A DNA stretch of 64,000 bases, taken from Octopus bimaculoides (lineage: Eukaryota). Position 1 is the first letter of the stretch; every line of letters begins with the position of its first letter. The notes below the pieces were generated by a model, which was not told the origin of the DNA, ran no database searches, and saw only the letters and a list, made by a program, of their open reading frames with translations. The stretch lies in NCBI RefSeq assembly GCF_001194135.2, contig NC_068988.1:19725897-19789896 (forward strand). Reading direction: 5' to 3'. Positions 63,177 to 64,000 of the stretch are shown piece after piece. A program made the position numbers and the translations under genes.

Positions 63177-64000
63177 AGTTAAGCTAATGTATTCCCGAGC
63201 AACGCCAGGTATCTCTACTAGTATTAGATTAACTGTGAGAATATAAAGAAAACATTCCCTGCCTGGAACGACTGTCATTTTAGGTCAGCTTGGTCATGGG
63301 TAATGCGGGACTAAATGATATAATGCCTGTAACTAGTGATTCATTGCATCGCCAAAAACTTTTAGTGGAGCAATCAATCCTAATTCCACAATTGTTCACC
63401 TTTGTTTTCTTCGCATTCGATTTTTCCTTTTCACAGATTCTGTGTTCTGCATATTTTCTTCTATTGCCTCTCTGCCGCATATTCACAGCAGTGAATAGCC
63501 AGCATTTATTTGTTAAACAGAATGCGTCAATTAAACAGAAGTTATCACGACTGCAACGTGTTAAACTATTAGATATTTATATGCCTGTGTGAGCGTGCAG
63601 GCATGTTAAATAAGGAAGAATTAAGACGGACATTATTTACAAAATGAATTTCGTGAAATGAAAATTAAATATGTTTACCAAGAATGAATACGCATGCTGT
63701 AAAGATTTGTCGATAATTTATCTGAGAAAACTTTTAATTTGATAAAAGAATACAAAAAAGTTCCTGAAATCATTGACAGAAAATGTATTTATATAATTAT
63801 ATTTACGTTAGTCTCTTAATGGCTTTCGTGTCCAGAGTTGTACATCATTTCATATTTTTTTATTACAATTGAAAAGAAAACGAATGGAAAAGAAATTAAC
63901 ATAGTTTTGTAAATAAATTCGTCTATCTAAATTGTTATAAATTTACGTACTTTATAATGTTTATATCAAAAAAGTTTAAGTACATTATATATATATATAT

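Overview
AT-rich, repeat-dense eukaryotic DNA from a gapped short-read assembly (nine N-gaps, mostly at microsatellites). The SINE families, the (AAT)n-tailed R4/Dong-type LINEs and the microsatellite load look like an octopus or other cephalopod genome; this is an inference from recognising the repeats, not a database result. I could not identify any intact protein-coding gene, rRNA, functional tRNA or CRISPR array. Almost all long ORFs in the supplied track are microsatellite or N-gap artefacts. The recognisable coding sequence is decayed transposon: about ten fragments of R4/Dong-clade LINEs (RT, CCHC knuckle, restriction-like endonuclease), a Tx1/L1-like RT, an APE-endonuclease LINE fragment, a Penelope-like fragment, three Tc1/mariner lineages (one near full length with both TIRs and a nested SINE), and about 20 SINE copies from at least four families. 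The most interesting signals are: (i) repeated stacking of retroelements into each other's trinucleotide tails; (ii) a decayed minimal hammerhead-ribozyme motif in a Penelope-type repeat; (iii) a ~590-bp headless retroposon that lands in (AAT)n; (iv) several unproven candidate exons and microexons on the + strand that may belong to a host gene with very long introns. I found no convincing evidence of a wholly new biological system; the candidates below are scored accordingly.
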